In this document: positions 36,701 to 49,947 of the stretch, in pieces
How positions within the stretch are numbered: the stretch's first letter is position 1
Layout of the letters: every line of letters begins with the position of its first letter
DNA from: Takakia lepidozioides
Lineage: Eukaryota; Plantae; Bryophyta
Assembly (NCBI GenBank): GCA_030704615.1
Contig: CM060731.1
Location: forward strand, 47,368,001 to 47,432,000
Reading direction: 5' to 3'
DNA length: 64,000 nt
The notes under the pieces: generated by a model
What the model saw: only the letters and a program-made list of their open reading frames with translations
What the model was told of the DNA's origin: nothing
Database searches by the model: none
Position numbers and translations under genes: made by a program

Positions 36701-37516
36701 CAGTCAATTTTGCAAACTCTTACATTGACCTGCTCAGCCCCAGAGTAAACTGCTAGTCACAGGTAACTTGTGCTGGATGCCTGGCCAATCTTGAACCAAA
36801 TTTGCTGCCAATGCCAATCTAGATAGCTCTGCCCATGTTTTGAATACTTCTGTTCTGTGAAGTTTCCGGTGAAGGTTTTTGAGTGGTTTGAATGAGTAGA
36901 TACCAACACCTTTGGAAAAGCTACTTTTCTCCAAATGCATGTGTTGGCTTTCCCAATGTTTACTTTGAATCCAGGGGCCTGTCATTCCCCAGCCATTCGT
37001 TGAGTGAATAGACCTGCCTGATGATACATGTATTTGCCTGATCCTGTAATATGTGACCACTGTCACCATGTCCAGGATTCATTGCGGTCACCATGTGTGT
37101 GGTGAAATGCAGATCATCAAACCATTGCGCTATGACGCTCCGTCCCTGAAGCTGATAGCAATGCTGTATTGCTCAAGATGGTAGCCTCAAAACACCATGG
37201 CTAGTGCATTCTCAACGCCCTGTCCCTCCGTGTACAGCTCTTCGAAGGCAGTGTTCTGGCAGGAAGCAAGCAGTTAAGGCACCTACCCAAGGAGTTTCCA
37301 AAATTTGAGGACCTGCCTATATTTGCATTGATGAGCATACGAGATCTCTCTCAATGAGACTTGGTGAGCTCGGAGGCAAGAGTGTCGAATTTTGTCAAGA
37401 AGGCTACTGTGTACATGAAAGAAGTTTTACTTTAATCCATGCCAAGCTTTGTCCAGAAACAAATTTTGGGACGTGATTGCATGGTTTGGTTTCGGTGACC
37501 AGTCATTGTTGTCACA

Positions 37517-38809
37517 ATGTGTCTGCCGAGACGCCGACTCCCAAAGCAGGTAGCAGTTCACAAGGGCACTCGATCCACGAGATCTAGATCCAAGTCGAGG
37601 GTTCCGGAGGACAGCAGCCTGGAGATAAGCACAATTTTCACTTCCAGCCAGTTGTCAAAAGAGTCCGAGGTCTCGACTGGCAGTTCAAAATCTTTGGCAG
37701 GCTTAAAAGATATGCTCTCTGATGGTGCACACATTTTCAGTTACAAAGACCTCGCCAAGGCAACAGACCATTTCAGCCCTGCTAGGAAAGTTGGGACCTC
37801 AGTGTTCCGAGGTACTGTCCTGGGCGCGGAGGTCGCTATAGTGGCGGTGGAAAAGAACAGAGGTGAACACCAAGATTTCATTGAGGAGATCAGAAAATTG
37901 TGCGTAGTGCACCACTCCAACCTTGTGAAGCTATTCGGTGGGTGCATGAGCGGCGATAATGTATATCTTGTTTATGAGTTCATTCCAGGTGCTAACCTGC
38001 GGCAGTGCCTGCACAGCACCATCTCCCCAGGCTTTTCAGCTCTAAAAGCCTGGGCAGCCAGAGTTCACATTGCCCTTGATGTCGCCAAAGGTCTTGAATA
38101 CCTCCATGACCATACAAATCCACCCTTTGTGCATAAGTATGTCAAGAGCAGCAATATCCTTCTGGACAGTGAACTCCGTGCCAGGATTGCGAATGTGGGA
38201 GTTGCTAAAATCAGAGGAGAAACCCCTGTAGAACCTGGGGTTGAAACCTGCATGGCATATAGTGAAGACTTCAGATCAATCCCAGAAGGAGAGAGGTCGA
38301 GAAGGTCTAGACCATCCCTTGGGCGGTCTTTTGGGAGGTCACTTGGGCGATCTCGCAGTATGAGGATCACTGGGACACATGGATATATGGCCCCAGAGTA
38401 TATTTCCCGTGGTCTGATCACATCGAAGCTTGATGTGTTTGCCTTCGGTGTCATTTTATTAGAGATTCTGTCTGGTCAGGAAGCGGTAAGGCTCCAGCGA
38501 AATGTAGATGACAACTCTTACAAAAAAACTCTTCTTCCAGAAGTGATAGCAGCAATTTTTGCAGAGGGAGATCCCAAGAGTAGGCTTCGGGCTTGGATGG
38601 ATCCTCTGCTCAGGGATTCCTTTCCTTTGGATTGTGCATACAAGACTGCACAGTTGGCCAGGAGATGTGTGGAACCTGCCCCTGAGTTAAGGCCCCCGAT
38701 GAGTAGCGTAGCAATGACCCTTCAGCAAATTTTTGCAAAGTCTCAGGAATGGGAGGAAAAAATGTCAGCATCCAAGGGCTTCATAACCAGTTCAATCAAG
38801 GCACGCTGA
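37517..38809 (+). CDS. Receptor-like cytoplasmic (pseudo)kinase related to LysM-RLK kinase domains
   Basis: Intronless 430 aa. FSYKDLAKAT, HHSNLVKL, LDVAKGLEYLH, GTHGYMAPEY, DVFAFGV. No signal peptide or TM segment is visible. Confidence 0.88.
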   Translation: MCLPRRRLPKQVAVHKGTRSTRSRSKSRVPEDSSLEISTIFTSSQLSKESEVSTGSSKSLAGLKDMLSDGAHIFSYKDLAKATDHFSPARKVGTSVFRGTVLGAEVAIVAVEKNRGEHQDFIEEIRKLCVVHHSNLVKLFGGCMSGDNVYLVYEFIPGANLRQCLHSTISPGFSALKAWAARVHIALDVAKGLEYLHDHTNPPFVHKYVKSSNILLDSELRARIANVGVAKIRGETPVEPGVETCMAYSEDFRSIPEGERSRRSRPSLGRSFGRSLGRSRSMRITGTHGYMAPEYISRGLITSKLDVFAFGVILLEILSGQEAVRLQRNVDDNSYKKTLLPEVIAAIFAEGDPKSRLRAWMDPLLRDSFPLDCAYKTAQLARRCVEPAPELRPPMSSVAMTLQQIFAKSQEWEEKMSASKGFITSSIKAR

Positions 38810-38827
38810 GATTCCTCAGATAATAGG

Positions 38828-38860
<33 letters not shown>

Positions 38861-38866
<6 letters not shown>

Positions 38867-39302
38867 CTCATAAGACGTTGTTTGCCGTAGCCTTGTGGCC
38901 ATTGACCCCGCTCCCAGTTTGAGCGGGAACAAAAGGGACAGAACCTACCTCTGTCAGGGGCTGACGTTGGTAGTAAGACTTACCTTCATATATAGAATTA
39001 ATCCGGGTTTTCCAGATATCCTCTAGAAATCCCTTCACACAAGCATCAATCTGCTGTGTGTGATTTGCCCAAAAACTAGGCCTCAGGAGGGCCTGGGCTT
39101 TTGGCTCAGCCTCGAGACTTTCAAAGTTGGTAAACAGGGGTACAGGCACAATTCCCTTGATAGATTTGAAGAGAGCGTCTCTTTGGTGAGAGAACCCCGG
39201 ACAGTGTATCAGAAAATGAATACTGTCTTCAGATTTCCCACACAACGGGCAATTGCACTCTCCCTTTCCTCTCCGCTTCTGTTTGCTGTTCAAAGGTAGG
39301 CT
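38861..39302 (-). mobile_element. 5'-truncated LINE copy inside a (GA)n microsatellite
   Basis: Near-identical to 53359-53800. (GA)n on both sides. Confidence 0.92.
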
Positions 39303-40921
39303 GTCTTCTGAGAGAGAGAGAGAGAGAGCTGTCAGGTGATCATCAGCTGCTAGACAGAGAGAAAATTATCCATTGCCATACCTCCAATCCATTGATTCTG
39401 GAGTGGCAATGCACTTGTGCTTCCTTAGTCAAAGATGGAAATTGATTCAAGTGTTTGAGCTCAACAGCCTTTGCCCACTGCAGTTGATATGATATCTCTC
39501 TCTATGACCTCTGCAGTATGCACCTACAGAAGCATTGGTAACGGTTCTGACATTAAGACTGCAGAGTATGGGCAAAGGCAACAGAAAACTCACAGCAGGA
39601 GTGTTTTGTCCCTCTGTCTCACTTCATGTATCCAGCTATTATGACAGCAAATAATGGTCTATACTCAGCACCGGTGATGGAATTTGTGGTGCTGCCCTCA
39701 GGTTTTGCCCAATCTGCAGTAGTCACTTTCGTGTTTTCTTAGTTCCAAATCTCCTGTCCTGAAACGGCTGTAATAGATGGGACCCAAGTTGATAACTTCA
39801 AGGTTGGCCTTGCTTGGAGTTACATTTTCAAATACTAATTGTTCCTGAACTGATAGTGGGATTAAATCAATGGGGCAAGAAGATTTGCAACTACAACTAG
39901 AAACTTCTAATGGGACCGTCAATTATGTTAAGGAGTATGTGAATTGGGTAACAGCACTACTGACGATTATGACAGCTCTTGTTAGCATATTTGTGCAAAG
40001 AGACTATGTATTTGACAACAAGGTCTCTCTAGACATTCACCCAGACAATTCCTGTGAAGATACTAAGTCAGCCTCGAGGCCACATGACCACATGACCACG
40101 CTCGGTTTGGAACACAGGAGTAAAACAGGGCAGGGATTAACAAGGCAAGGCAACCATGTAACAACTGAGCAATCAAACAGCCACTGTCTGAGCTCAGACC
40201 TTGTTGCATGAGTAAAAGTCTCCACCTTCCATGCTTCCACAGACATTGTTGAAAGATTTCACAGCTATTCTTGCCCATTTGGTTTTCAAGAACAGTCCTG
40301 ATGCAGGACCACCTGCAGTTAAAATGTCTTTACCAATGTCCTACATGCCTAAGTCTAACAAAACAACAAAATGTTCTGTACCTGAGACTTCTGTCATGAT
40401 GAAAGATATTGTTTCAGATTATGAAAAGGGGACACCCTCACATATACAATTTGAGGTCATTATCATTCTTTTACATTGGGTCTGTAACACAAGCCACTAC
40501 ACCTGGGTAAGGCTAACAGATTTCGCACTCTTCTTGTACTCCTCTATGTTTTTTGAAACTTCAGTAACAAGTATAGGTTTCTTGAGAAAAATTAACCCTC
40601 ATGAGAGAGAGACGGTTGTGCAAAGCTGTCAGTGGTAACACTAATCATCAATGTGCCCTTGTGCACGATGAGATTTCACTCTCACCCAACTTTACACATC
40701 TGGAGATCCTGAGAAGTAGAGGAAGAAAGGAGGTTTATGTACCTTTTGAGTGTAGAAGTGGGTGACGGCAGCGTCATGGTATCTTGATAAGATGAAAAGT
40801 TGATCTTCCATATAAGTGACATCTATGAATGATTTGAGGATCTGTGTATGTTATAAACCAAACTTAGGTCTTGGTTTCTGTGAACATGTCACTAGTAAGA
40901 TCAACAATATGAAGATCCAAG

Positions 40922-43900
40922 TTATGTCAGTTTCAACTTTTTTAACTGTAGCGAGCTGCCACCGATAGCAAGCTTGGAGCCTGCTTTGAAGAAGCAGAAG
41001 ATCAAGGAGAGCCCAATTCCGGCCACCAACATGAAGCCCTCAGGTTGATGCATCACATTCAGAAATGGATATGGGTACACCTGCAACAGTCCCTAAATCA
41101 GCTGTATGTGTTCCATGTTGGCCTTAGACAAACTCACAATGGCAAATGATACAAGACATAAATGAACGTCATGCAATCCTCCGCTTTTCTCTCCAAGCTC
41201 TTTTTGCAGAAAGGCGTTCTCATTTGTGGTGTGCAGCTCTTGAGCTACATTGAAGCTTTATGAGAGAAGCGGGGGATCTGACCTTATTCTGAGCAGCACA
41301 GATGTGTATCCATATAGCATATAATATGCCAAACATCATAGCTATCTGGAGTGACCATTTCCTGGGGGAGGGAACGATGAGATCAAGGACAGCACACGGA
41401 AAAATAGAGAACAAGTCAACGTCTACATCATGGGAAGGAAGTTTGCTAGTATAGTTTCAACAATTCAACACCCGCAGACAGGAGGCAAATCACGTGAATC
41501 AAAAAGTTAACAGGTGTGAGATCCATTGCTAGAGGGGGAGAAGTCCAACAAATAGTGTCAGAATGCATTCAAGGGAAGCATAAATAACAATGAACATCTG
41601 AGCACAAAAGGAGCTACAGTGATCAAGGAAAGTGATTGCTCCAACCGCCCAGAATTTGGGGGACGGTAGTAAGAGAGGTAAATGAGAAACAGGAAGGTAA
41701 AAGGAGCACCTAAAAGTGCGCTCTGAGATGAAGATGTCAATCCAGGTGACACCAGCATTGGCCACATGCACTATGATTGTTAGCCACACTGGAGTCCCCG
41801 TAGGTCTGCAGATGCAATAAGCCTTTAAGAGCTCCCATAATATCTTCATATCTCTCCAGTATTCATAAATGTGAGTCCAAGAAGCGTGATGTAGAGAATT
41901 CCACAGGCACCTAAATCTAGCCAAAAATAGACACAAACACAACAAATAGAAAAGGAAGCATAAGACACTGAATGAAGATCACTTAAAGATGACAGAAAAA
42001 AATGGTTGTCTTAGGACGTACAAGCCTCGTTCAACTGTTCGGTCAGTGGTTGCAGCCAAACCACCTTCAACAGGCTTGCTGGTGAGGAAATATATGGTCC
42101 AATGGAGGAGGGTAATGACATTGGCAATACCAAAGCTGGCACATGACAGATCATCGGCTAATCGCTTCACTCCCTTTGTCTGCCAATCAAGTTAGAAGAT
42201 GGCTCTGAATACACCAGTTCTGGTAGGGGAAATCACTGAGACTAATAAGTCATCCATTGCAGTTTAAGAGAAGTGAGCAAAGTAATACAGGTACTCTAGT
42301 GCATTGCTGGATCAAGACCAGGGTTGTAGAAGCAAGAGCAACTCGGCGGAGCTTGTTGACATTGAAGGCTTGCATCTAAAGTAAACTTCCCCAAATGCAG
42401 CCTTTCTAGTTATCTGGAAGGTTAGACTTAATTCGTTCGTCTAAACCAGCAGGTTTTGCTGCTGGACTGAGCGAATCAGTGCCAGTGAAAGTGCCTCCCT
42501 CCTCCTTCCTCTTATAACATCTGGCTGAGTCCATACTGGGTACAAGGTCTATGGCCGCAAAGAATAACAACTCTGTCCCTCCCCCTCCCATATGACTACT
42601 CTTCTGCTTGAGAGCTTCACTTCCCTCTGTCAAGCACTTCCATTCTACTGTGTCTCGCATACCTCTGGAAAGAGATGTGACAGAAGACAGGTGAATAGAG
42701 CCACCATTTGGAATGTGAAGCCACAGAATGTCAAGTACTGCAAATCAGCAATGCAAGCGCTGCTTCAGTTGAATATGCATGAGTAGAACTTGACATTTGT
42801 GTGTGTTAAAACATCATTGAATAGGATTGAATTTCCAATTCCCAAACACAAAATGTATGAGATAGGCATGCATGAATGCCATCAATGCAGATTCATTTTA
42901 AAAACAACGGCAGACAACAACTGCACGCATGGCCGCATGTGTGCAGTACACAGTGTAGCATGTGGCCTAATTGCAAGCAAACAGGAAAGGCTGAGGTCAG
43001 ACCTTGAAGAACCAGCCAAAACCCCCAGACTGTGCAAGCAAAGAAGCTTGGGGCCCAAAATGCCAGGAGAAAACATACAGGAACCTGCTTGCACACCACG
43101 GACTATAAGTAGAAGCATGCATGATAAGGTTGTTCCGGCACATTGTTCGTACAAACTCACAGATAGAAACTTTCAGAGAGTGGTGCTCCATGTGCAGAGG
43201 ATGGATTTGGGCGTGTACAAGACAGACAGAGGAAAGAATTTAGGGCAGGAATGCGACGAACAGCCACATGACCCCTGAGCATTTCACTCTCATCCAAATT
43301 CAAGTGCTATCTTGATCCTAATCCCAGGCATCACTTCATTTATTTTTCCAGAAACAAATCCTTCTCATTTAATCCAATTTGGCAGAGTCTGTATGTCGTA
43401 GCACCCCGGCACTATATACATCACCTTGACAGTGACAACCAAGGGTGCTGCTTGTCTGGTGGGACACTGTCAAGGCCTCTGGTACATAGAAAAAGAACAG
43501 TAAAGCTGAAAGTAAGAACATTTCATGACAACTGGGAACTAAACCTGGAATGTGTTAAACGTTATAGATCAACTAAGAATTTCGGATTGATTGATCCAGG
43601 AGCACACTGACCTTGTACACAGCCTGGATGGTTTCTTTTTCAGGAAGAATATTCAAGCTCTCATTGGCCAATTGTCCATTAGGATGTCCTTAGCGTTAGA
43701 AACCTCCCTGCTAATCTCGTATGCATGCCAACGGGCATTAGACACTCTACCGAATATGCTCTTTAATGTTCTCTGATTGACATTGACAGAAACACCACGT
43801 TTTTCTGCCATCAACCAGACTAGACAGGCAGGGTCATAATCTCAAAAGATGGTTTGCCGATAGGAAAATGTAACATAATTGACTGCATTGAGGCTCTTGA

Positions 43901-44275
43901 ATATATGGTGGAAAATTATTCTGTGGATTTGAAAGGAAACACTGAGATTCACAGGCGATAGATCTCTGGATCTTTTTCATCAACCGCGAACTTACAGATA
44001 AAGCATACATTAAATTACGAGGATAATTTCTCAAATTTTCAGTCCAAAACGAAAAGCGTTTACGAGAATAAGAGCGAAGAACGGGCAAAGTTGCATTCAC
44101 GGAAATGTCGAGGAAATAAAGCCGGAAAAAACGAAACCGTTCACAATCGTAGATCTCTACAATTGAAAACGATGGAGCGATGGACGCACATAAGAAACGA
44201 TGCGAGGTAGAAGAGGAAGGAAGCGTTTGAGGATGGCAAAGCCACATTGTTCGACCGGCCGCCACCTGCTGCCAT
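40922..44275 (-). CDS. FAR-17a/AIG1-like multi-pass membrane protein (about 7 exons)
   Basis: Spliced peptides MAAGGG...FLFYLASFL / YVFSWHFGP...GGFGWFFK / YLTFCGFTFQ / LADDLSCASFGIAN...LHWTIY / IVHVANAGVTWID / YAIWIHIC / YPYPFLN...KLT*, with GT-AG borders. The KYLT, H and YPFL motifs fit the family. Confidence 0.75.
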
Positions 44276-45903
44276 CACCGGCACTTTCTCCGATCAATCC
44301 AATCGAAGCCAGATATCTGATTCCAATCAAGCCATTATCTGAGAAAATATGTAAACCTGCAGTGCTGCAGATGAACCAATAAGATTCGACTCGTGAGAGC
44401 GAAAGATGACAAACATTCCACCCAGGGCGACAGCAGCAGCGATGACGACGCTACTCACGGCCCGGCTTCCGTGGAGACCTTCCACTTTATTACTTGTCGG
44501 AGCCGAGACTACGCTTTCGTGTCATCCTCTTCTACCTTCCCCCGGTACCACCTCCCGTAGCGGATGAACAACTCTAGATGATAAATTCATAATTGGTGCA
44601 ACCACTATTCATGCGGTCGTGGCACCTATTATGTGCAACTGCCACAATTGGAAATCCATTAAATTATGGATGAAAATTGGATCTCTCCATTCACAAAAGC
44701 ATCATCGTTCCGGCAAAGATATGCGGATGTTCTGGAAGAGAAAAACTCCTTTGTTTTGATCATTGCTGAGGTTGGGTGCTGCTTACGCAAGAGGTTGCGT
44801 AGGGCGTGAGCGTGTGACAGTGTTTTTCTTTCTGGCGAAAAATCGCCAGATTTCGACCTGGAAACTCGGTCAGCTACTTGTACAAAGGAATTATGGGGGG
44901 TAAAATCTGAGATTTTCGCCAAAAAGCACCGATAGATAAATTTCAGGAGCCTAATTTTGCCAACGTGGCCGAATGATAACGTGACACCGGGAATATAGCC
45001 ACTTTTCTAACTTTGTCACCTCGATATTCTCTCCACATGGGCACTAGGTGGAATTCACAGGTGGCCCCGCCAGCGATTTTGGAAATATGAAAAAAAATTA
45101 CTGACGTGTGAGCACAAGGGCTAGTCCCCGAATTCCGGTGAAATGAACTTGGCGAAACCAAACATTATGCGAAACTAACACATAAAGAACAAGTAGCCCC
45201 TATACATGATGAAGAGAGAAGACTCCATCCGCAGCCGGCGTAACTAAGAGCCACTTCGCCTTCCGGCTACTTCCCCCTTTGGGAGGTGGGCCCTAATACC
45301 TGATGAACATCTTACCTATAGGCCTGGCTTTTTCTCCATAACAGGCGCGAGAGTGCAGTGAGACTTCACCTCAATTTGCAAGTTCTCGCCCATAGCTAAT
45401 TTCTCACACGGAAACTCTATACCAAATAGCCTGAGAAGAAATCACACTGAAGATAATTTCGCATGGCGAAACTGTGTACCAACTAGCCTGAATTGGATGT
45501 AGGATTGTTGGGTGATGGGATTCCATACAAAAAGTTTGGACTCAAGCTATACCACTAAGGGTTTCTCAATGCGAAACCCACCGTTGCATAGGTTTGTGCC
45601 CATATCACCAAGTATTTCTCAATGCGAAACTCATCTGCCCCTATAAGTTTAGGGTTTATGGCTACACTACTGAAGTTTTTGCCTCGTTGAATTGGTGCAG
45701 ACGTACCATATATATGCAGGTGTCCTCGATATCCGCTTATGGTTTTTTTCCGTTTTGGAAAAATATAATTCCAATGACCGAGGTTAAGAAAACATAAAAC
45801 TCCCATGACAGTGGGTTGTGCTCACGTTGTGCTCAGGGCCCACCCCCGAAAGGGGACAGTAGCCGCAAGGCAAAGTGGCTCTTAGTTCCGCTTGCCTCGG
45901 CCG

Positions 45904-45905
<2 letters not shown>

Positions 45906-45972
<67 letters not shown>
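45906..45972. repeat. (CT)n microsatellite
   Basis: Uninterrupted CT dinucleotide run. Confidence 0.95.
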
Positions 45973-45977
<5 letters not shown>

Positions 45978-48179
45978 AAGAACAACCCATAAAATGGGTA
46001 TCACAAAGCGAAACTTGGATTTTCACCAACGATATTGATTTTCTTTTTTTTCTTTTTTTGTAGGTTTCTCCCTTTCAAGCTTTCTATATGTTTAAAGTTA
46101 TTTTTACACACCTATAGACCCTATTAACATATAAAGACCCTATATTCGTCTATTATATGTATTTCCGTTGGCATACATATCACCCCCCAAACCGTGGATC
46201 CTGCTCACACTGGTTTTTTTTTTTCTGCTCACGCCATACCACCCTCAAGAGATTTGGAAGAAGGTTTTTATTTGGAAGCATGGGAAGAATCATGGGGGAT
46301 TCACTCACGATATTAATTGGAAACATCTTAAATGGAAGGTTAACCATTGAACTCCCAGAATCGCCATGGGCTGAAATCCAGCAGAGATGGTGGGGTTGGA
46401 TTCCCCTTGTATCTGTGCCAGCCAATTGTTTAAATTATACTTGAAGGGGTTGGATGCTTTGGAGAAGGAGGCTAGTCACCAGTGGTGTGTCGGAACGCCC
46501 ACTCCCAAAATGAGAGGAGTCTCCTATAGCCACACATGGGAGCGGACACTCTGGGGGAGGCGATTGGAACCCCAGTATAGTATGCTGGGATGTTTGAGAT
46601 GTTCTAGATAGGTGGAGACTAAGGACAAAAAGATCTTCCACATTTTTATTTTTTTGGCACACTTCTATATATGATAATATGGGGGATAATAATATAGTAA
46701 GAGAATTGGCAACCGGGACCGTTATAGAATCGGGATAGATCAGACCTTCAGATATATAGGAGAATAAGTTTGCAGGATAGTCCAAGAATTAAAATGGGGG
46801 ATCAATCAACATATGAAGCTGCAAGGTAGTTTGTTTGTTTGTTTGTTTGTTTTGTTTTGTTTTGTTTTGTAGCATTGAGATCTCCCAAACGCGGGCCCGA
46901 CCTGGTGCTTGGTACCGTTGGAAAGCCCTTGATAAGAAGGGGTGCTTGGTCTCATCATTTTTGTGTGTGACTCAGTTTTGAAACTTCAAGTAGTTTTGGT
47001 CGTTGGAAATTCGTGAAAAATAGCAAAGTGGGTTGTCTTGGAACAATGATTTGATATATTATTTCTCAATAAATCCATAGATAAAAAACCCCTCACATAC
47101 GAAGATGGATATCATTATTTCAATATTTTACGTCGTTTCCTTTCATAATCATCCAATATTGTTCTCCTTCGTCTACAAAGAAGCATGCCTCCTAGACGTC
47201 GTGGCGGTGGCCTCGACATAAGAGACGCACTTGGATACATAGGGGATTGCACTTGAACTTAGATGACACTGGACACTTGGGACAACGGCATAGGCTACCC
47301 TAGTATACCCTAGTAAGCTACACAATGATTTGAAGTAATGACTATTGTATAAGCGGGTCCAAAAATAGACAATATGAAGATGATAGCTGTTAAATGGCAA
47401 ATAGTTTAGGTGCCAATTTGGGTTTGGAGTGGGTAGAGTATAGGTGTCAAGTGGTGGTTTCTAGGGGTGACATGTGTAGGGCACCCTCTAGAAGGGTCCA
47501 GGTTTGCTTGATAGGTGGAGTTGCCGCCCAGAGATGGTATTTAAAGGAGAAGATGACAACGCAATCCTCGAATAGCCAATGGCAGGGAGCAAGGCACTTA
47601 AGTTGAGTAGTTAGGATCATCTATTGTTAGGGTTATGCGGGTAAGAGGAACACAACTAGGTTAACTTAGCGGCAGCTAACCTAGCTGGCTTCAAGAGCGT
47701 CCGTCCGTGTATCCGGCCCACCGTGTTTAAGGAGGAAACGGACAAAAAAAGCTTGGTAGGTTGAGCACTTTCATGTACATGGCGGTGGAGCTGGTTGCTC
47801 AGTCAGTAGCCCCATAAAATCACAGCTCGGTTACCAGGTTGGTCTCATGTACGTCACACTAAAGTCCCAAAATTATCACCCGGCCACCGAGCTCCATATG
47901 ATTGTTTAATTGCTGGAGGAGACCCGGCTCTTTCCTCCAAGTGTCCGCCAAAATCTTAACTTTGCCGCCTATCATTATTAATATAGGTTAGCTAGTAGCA
48001 GGGAGTTCACACCAGTTTTGGGCGAACATAGAGTCATCAAGATATGAACTTGGATATTAATGTATCCGGACCCGGAATATTCGGCATTTTTTAGGAAGGA
48101 ATGCAAGTGCCTATGGCCACAGGGCGGCAAACATCGACCATAGCTCTTATGTTAGGTTCAGCCCCCGTCTTGTTTCCTG

Positions 48180-48435
48180 GGTAGTGTACACCAGTTGCTC
48201 TGTTTGTAAAGCCCTGGTCCTGTTGGAGTACAATTGTTGGGCAGCTCACACAAAGCAAATTGATGTTTGTGTGAAGGGATATCTCGAAAACCTGAACTAA
48301 TTATCTTTACTATGGTAAGTCATGCTAATGGAGTGAGTCCCTCACAAAGGTAACATCTATTTCTCACAAAATTGGACACAAGGTCGATGGCCACAAGGCT
48401 ACATCATTGAGCAAACAATGCCTTACGAGTACATT
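48180..48435 (+). mobile_element. Old diverged 3' end of the same LINE family
   Basis: GATGTTTGTGTGAAGGGAT and GATGGCCACAAGGCTAC...CTTACGAGTACA resemble the 3' end at 59860-60047. Confidence 0.7.
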
Positions 48436-48582
48436 TTCTCTGTATCTATTAGACCATAGGCTGGCAATGAGAGGGCTCAACATCTCCATGAAAATCCGTT
48501 GAGCCAGTTCCAGAAGCTTGAGATAGTTCAAGAAGCTATTTTTGGTTTTTCGGGGTAATCTGGACAGGTTCTAGAAAATGAC

Positions 48583-48970
48583 GACGATCATATGACATAG
48601 CATGACGACAATGATGTGGATGACGATGACATGGCACTAGGGCACCCTATTCCCGCTCTATGCTAAAACTAGTCTCTAACCTTCAGTCGTCAATAGATCT
48701 AGAATTTATGCCATGAATCGGGCATAAGTATATTGGAAAAAACTAATATCCACCTAACACTCGTTTACACATATAGGACGATCATATGACATAGCATGAC
48801 GACAATGATGTGGATGACGATGACATGGCACTAGGGCACCCTATTCCCGCTCTATGCTAAAACTAGTCTCTAACCTTCAGTCGTCAATAGATCTAGAATT
48901 TATGCCATGAATCGGGCATAAGTATATTGGAAAAAACTAATATCCACCTAACACTCGTTTACACATATAG
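48583..48970. repeat. 194-bp tandem duplication
   Basis: 48583-48776 = 48777-48970, no differences seen. Confidence 0.92.
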
Positions 48971-49283
48971 GTTGAAACTTCACTTCTTACTAAACATGTG
49001 TCATTGTCTTTTAACTTTGTCTTTTCTCCCCTACCGTACTCTGTCTTTTTTTTCTATGCACTAGGTATCCACCAAGACGAGCTTGGCTATGGGCTGTAGC
49101 CGAGCGGCGAGTCCATTCCAGTGTTGGATTGGCATCAAGTATATTACCGTCGGGTCCTGGTATATGTCTCTTAAGTGAGATACCAGACTAGAACTGGTCC
49201 CATGCATAGTTTGAAATTGATTTACCAGTCTAGTCTAAGTAATTGATGCATTATAGTTTCATGATGCATTGGTATCAATAGAA

Positions 49284-49947
49284 GGGCCGGTTTACACGAG
49301 GGCCCGGGCCCAAGACCAAGCTAGAAACAAGAAATCCTATTGGTCAAGAGCCTCAAATCGGGCCCAAACGGTTTACACGAGGGTCCGGGCCCAAGACCAA
49401 GAAAATGACATGGTTGCCTAGATGGCATGATTTATGGCGCCAAATTCTTGGGCCTAGCCCAACACAAGGAATGCTCTTGGGATGGAGACCCAACTCTCTC
49501 CCTTGGACCCAAGAAACCTAGCATTAAATATATTTGTTTAAGCCTATCACAGCCGTAGGATGGAAACATGTCGCAGATGGGGTTGTACAGAGGTAGAGAC
49601 TAGAGACTCTCGAAGGCCACCACGTGAGGCAAGTGCTGCCATGTTGAATCATCAGCCCTCTCTATCTCTTGGACCTCTTTCCATGATGAAGTCATCAACA
49701 ATCTAGCATATTGCAATCGTTTATACTAAGTTGTTGCAATGCCAAAATGGTTGTAATCATGTGCTTGAAGAGGACCAAGGCCATAGGAATATTATTACTT
49801 CTTGCTTCTATGGTTCAGGGATCCAAGATTTGATGGGAGACATCGCGAAGCGAAGAAGAGAGACAGTGGAGGGGGCGGGAGAGTGGCTGATATAAAAGCT
49901 CTAGTCCTCATGATTTCTTGGGCCCTGGCCCTTGTATAAACCGGCCC
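49284..49947. mobile_element. Tourist/PIF-Harbinger-like MITE
   Basis: About 32-bp imperfect TIRs GGGCCGGTTTAYACRAGGGCCMGGGCCCAAGA. Flanks GAA/TAA (imperfect 3-bp TSD). No ORF. Confidence 0.7.

Noticed and set aside
34000-37100. Many 60-130 aa ORFs between the PPR and kinase genes
   Set aside because: No motifs or consistent exon chain that I could recognise.
45875-46063. 62-aa SL-repeat ORF
   Set aside because: It is the translation of the (CT)n microsatellite.
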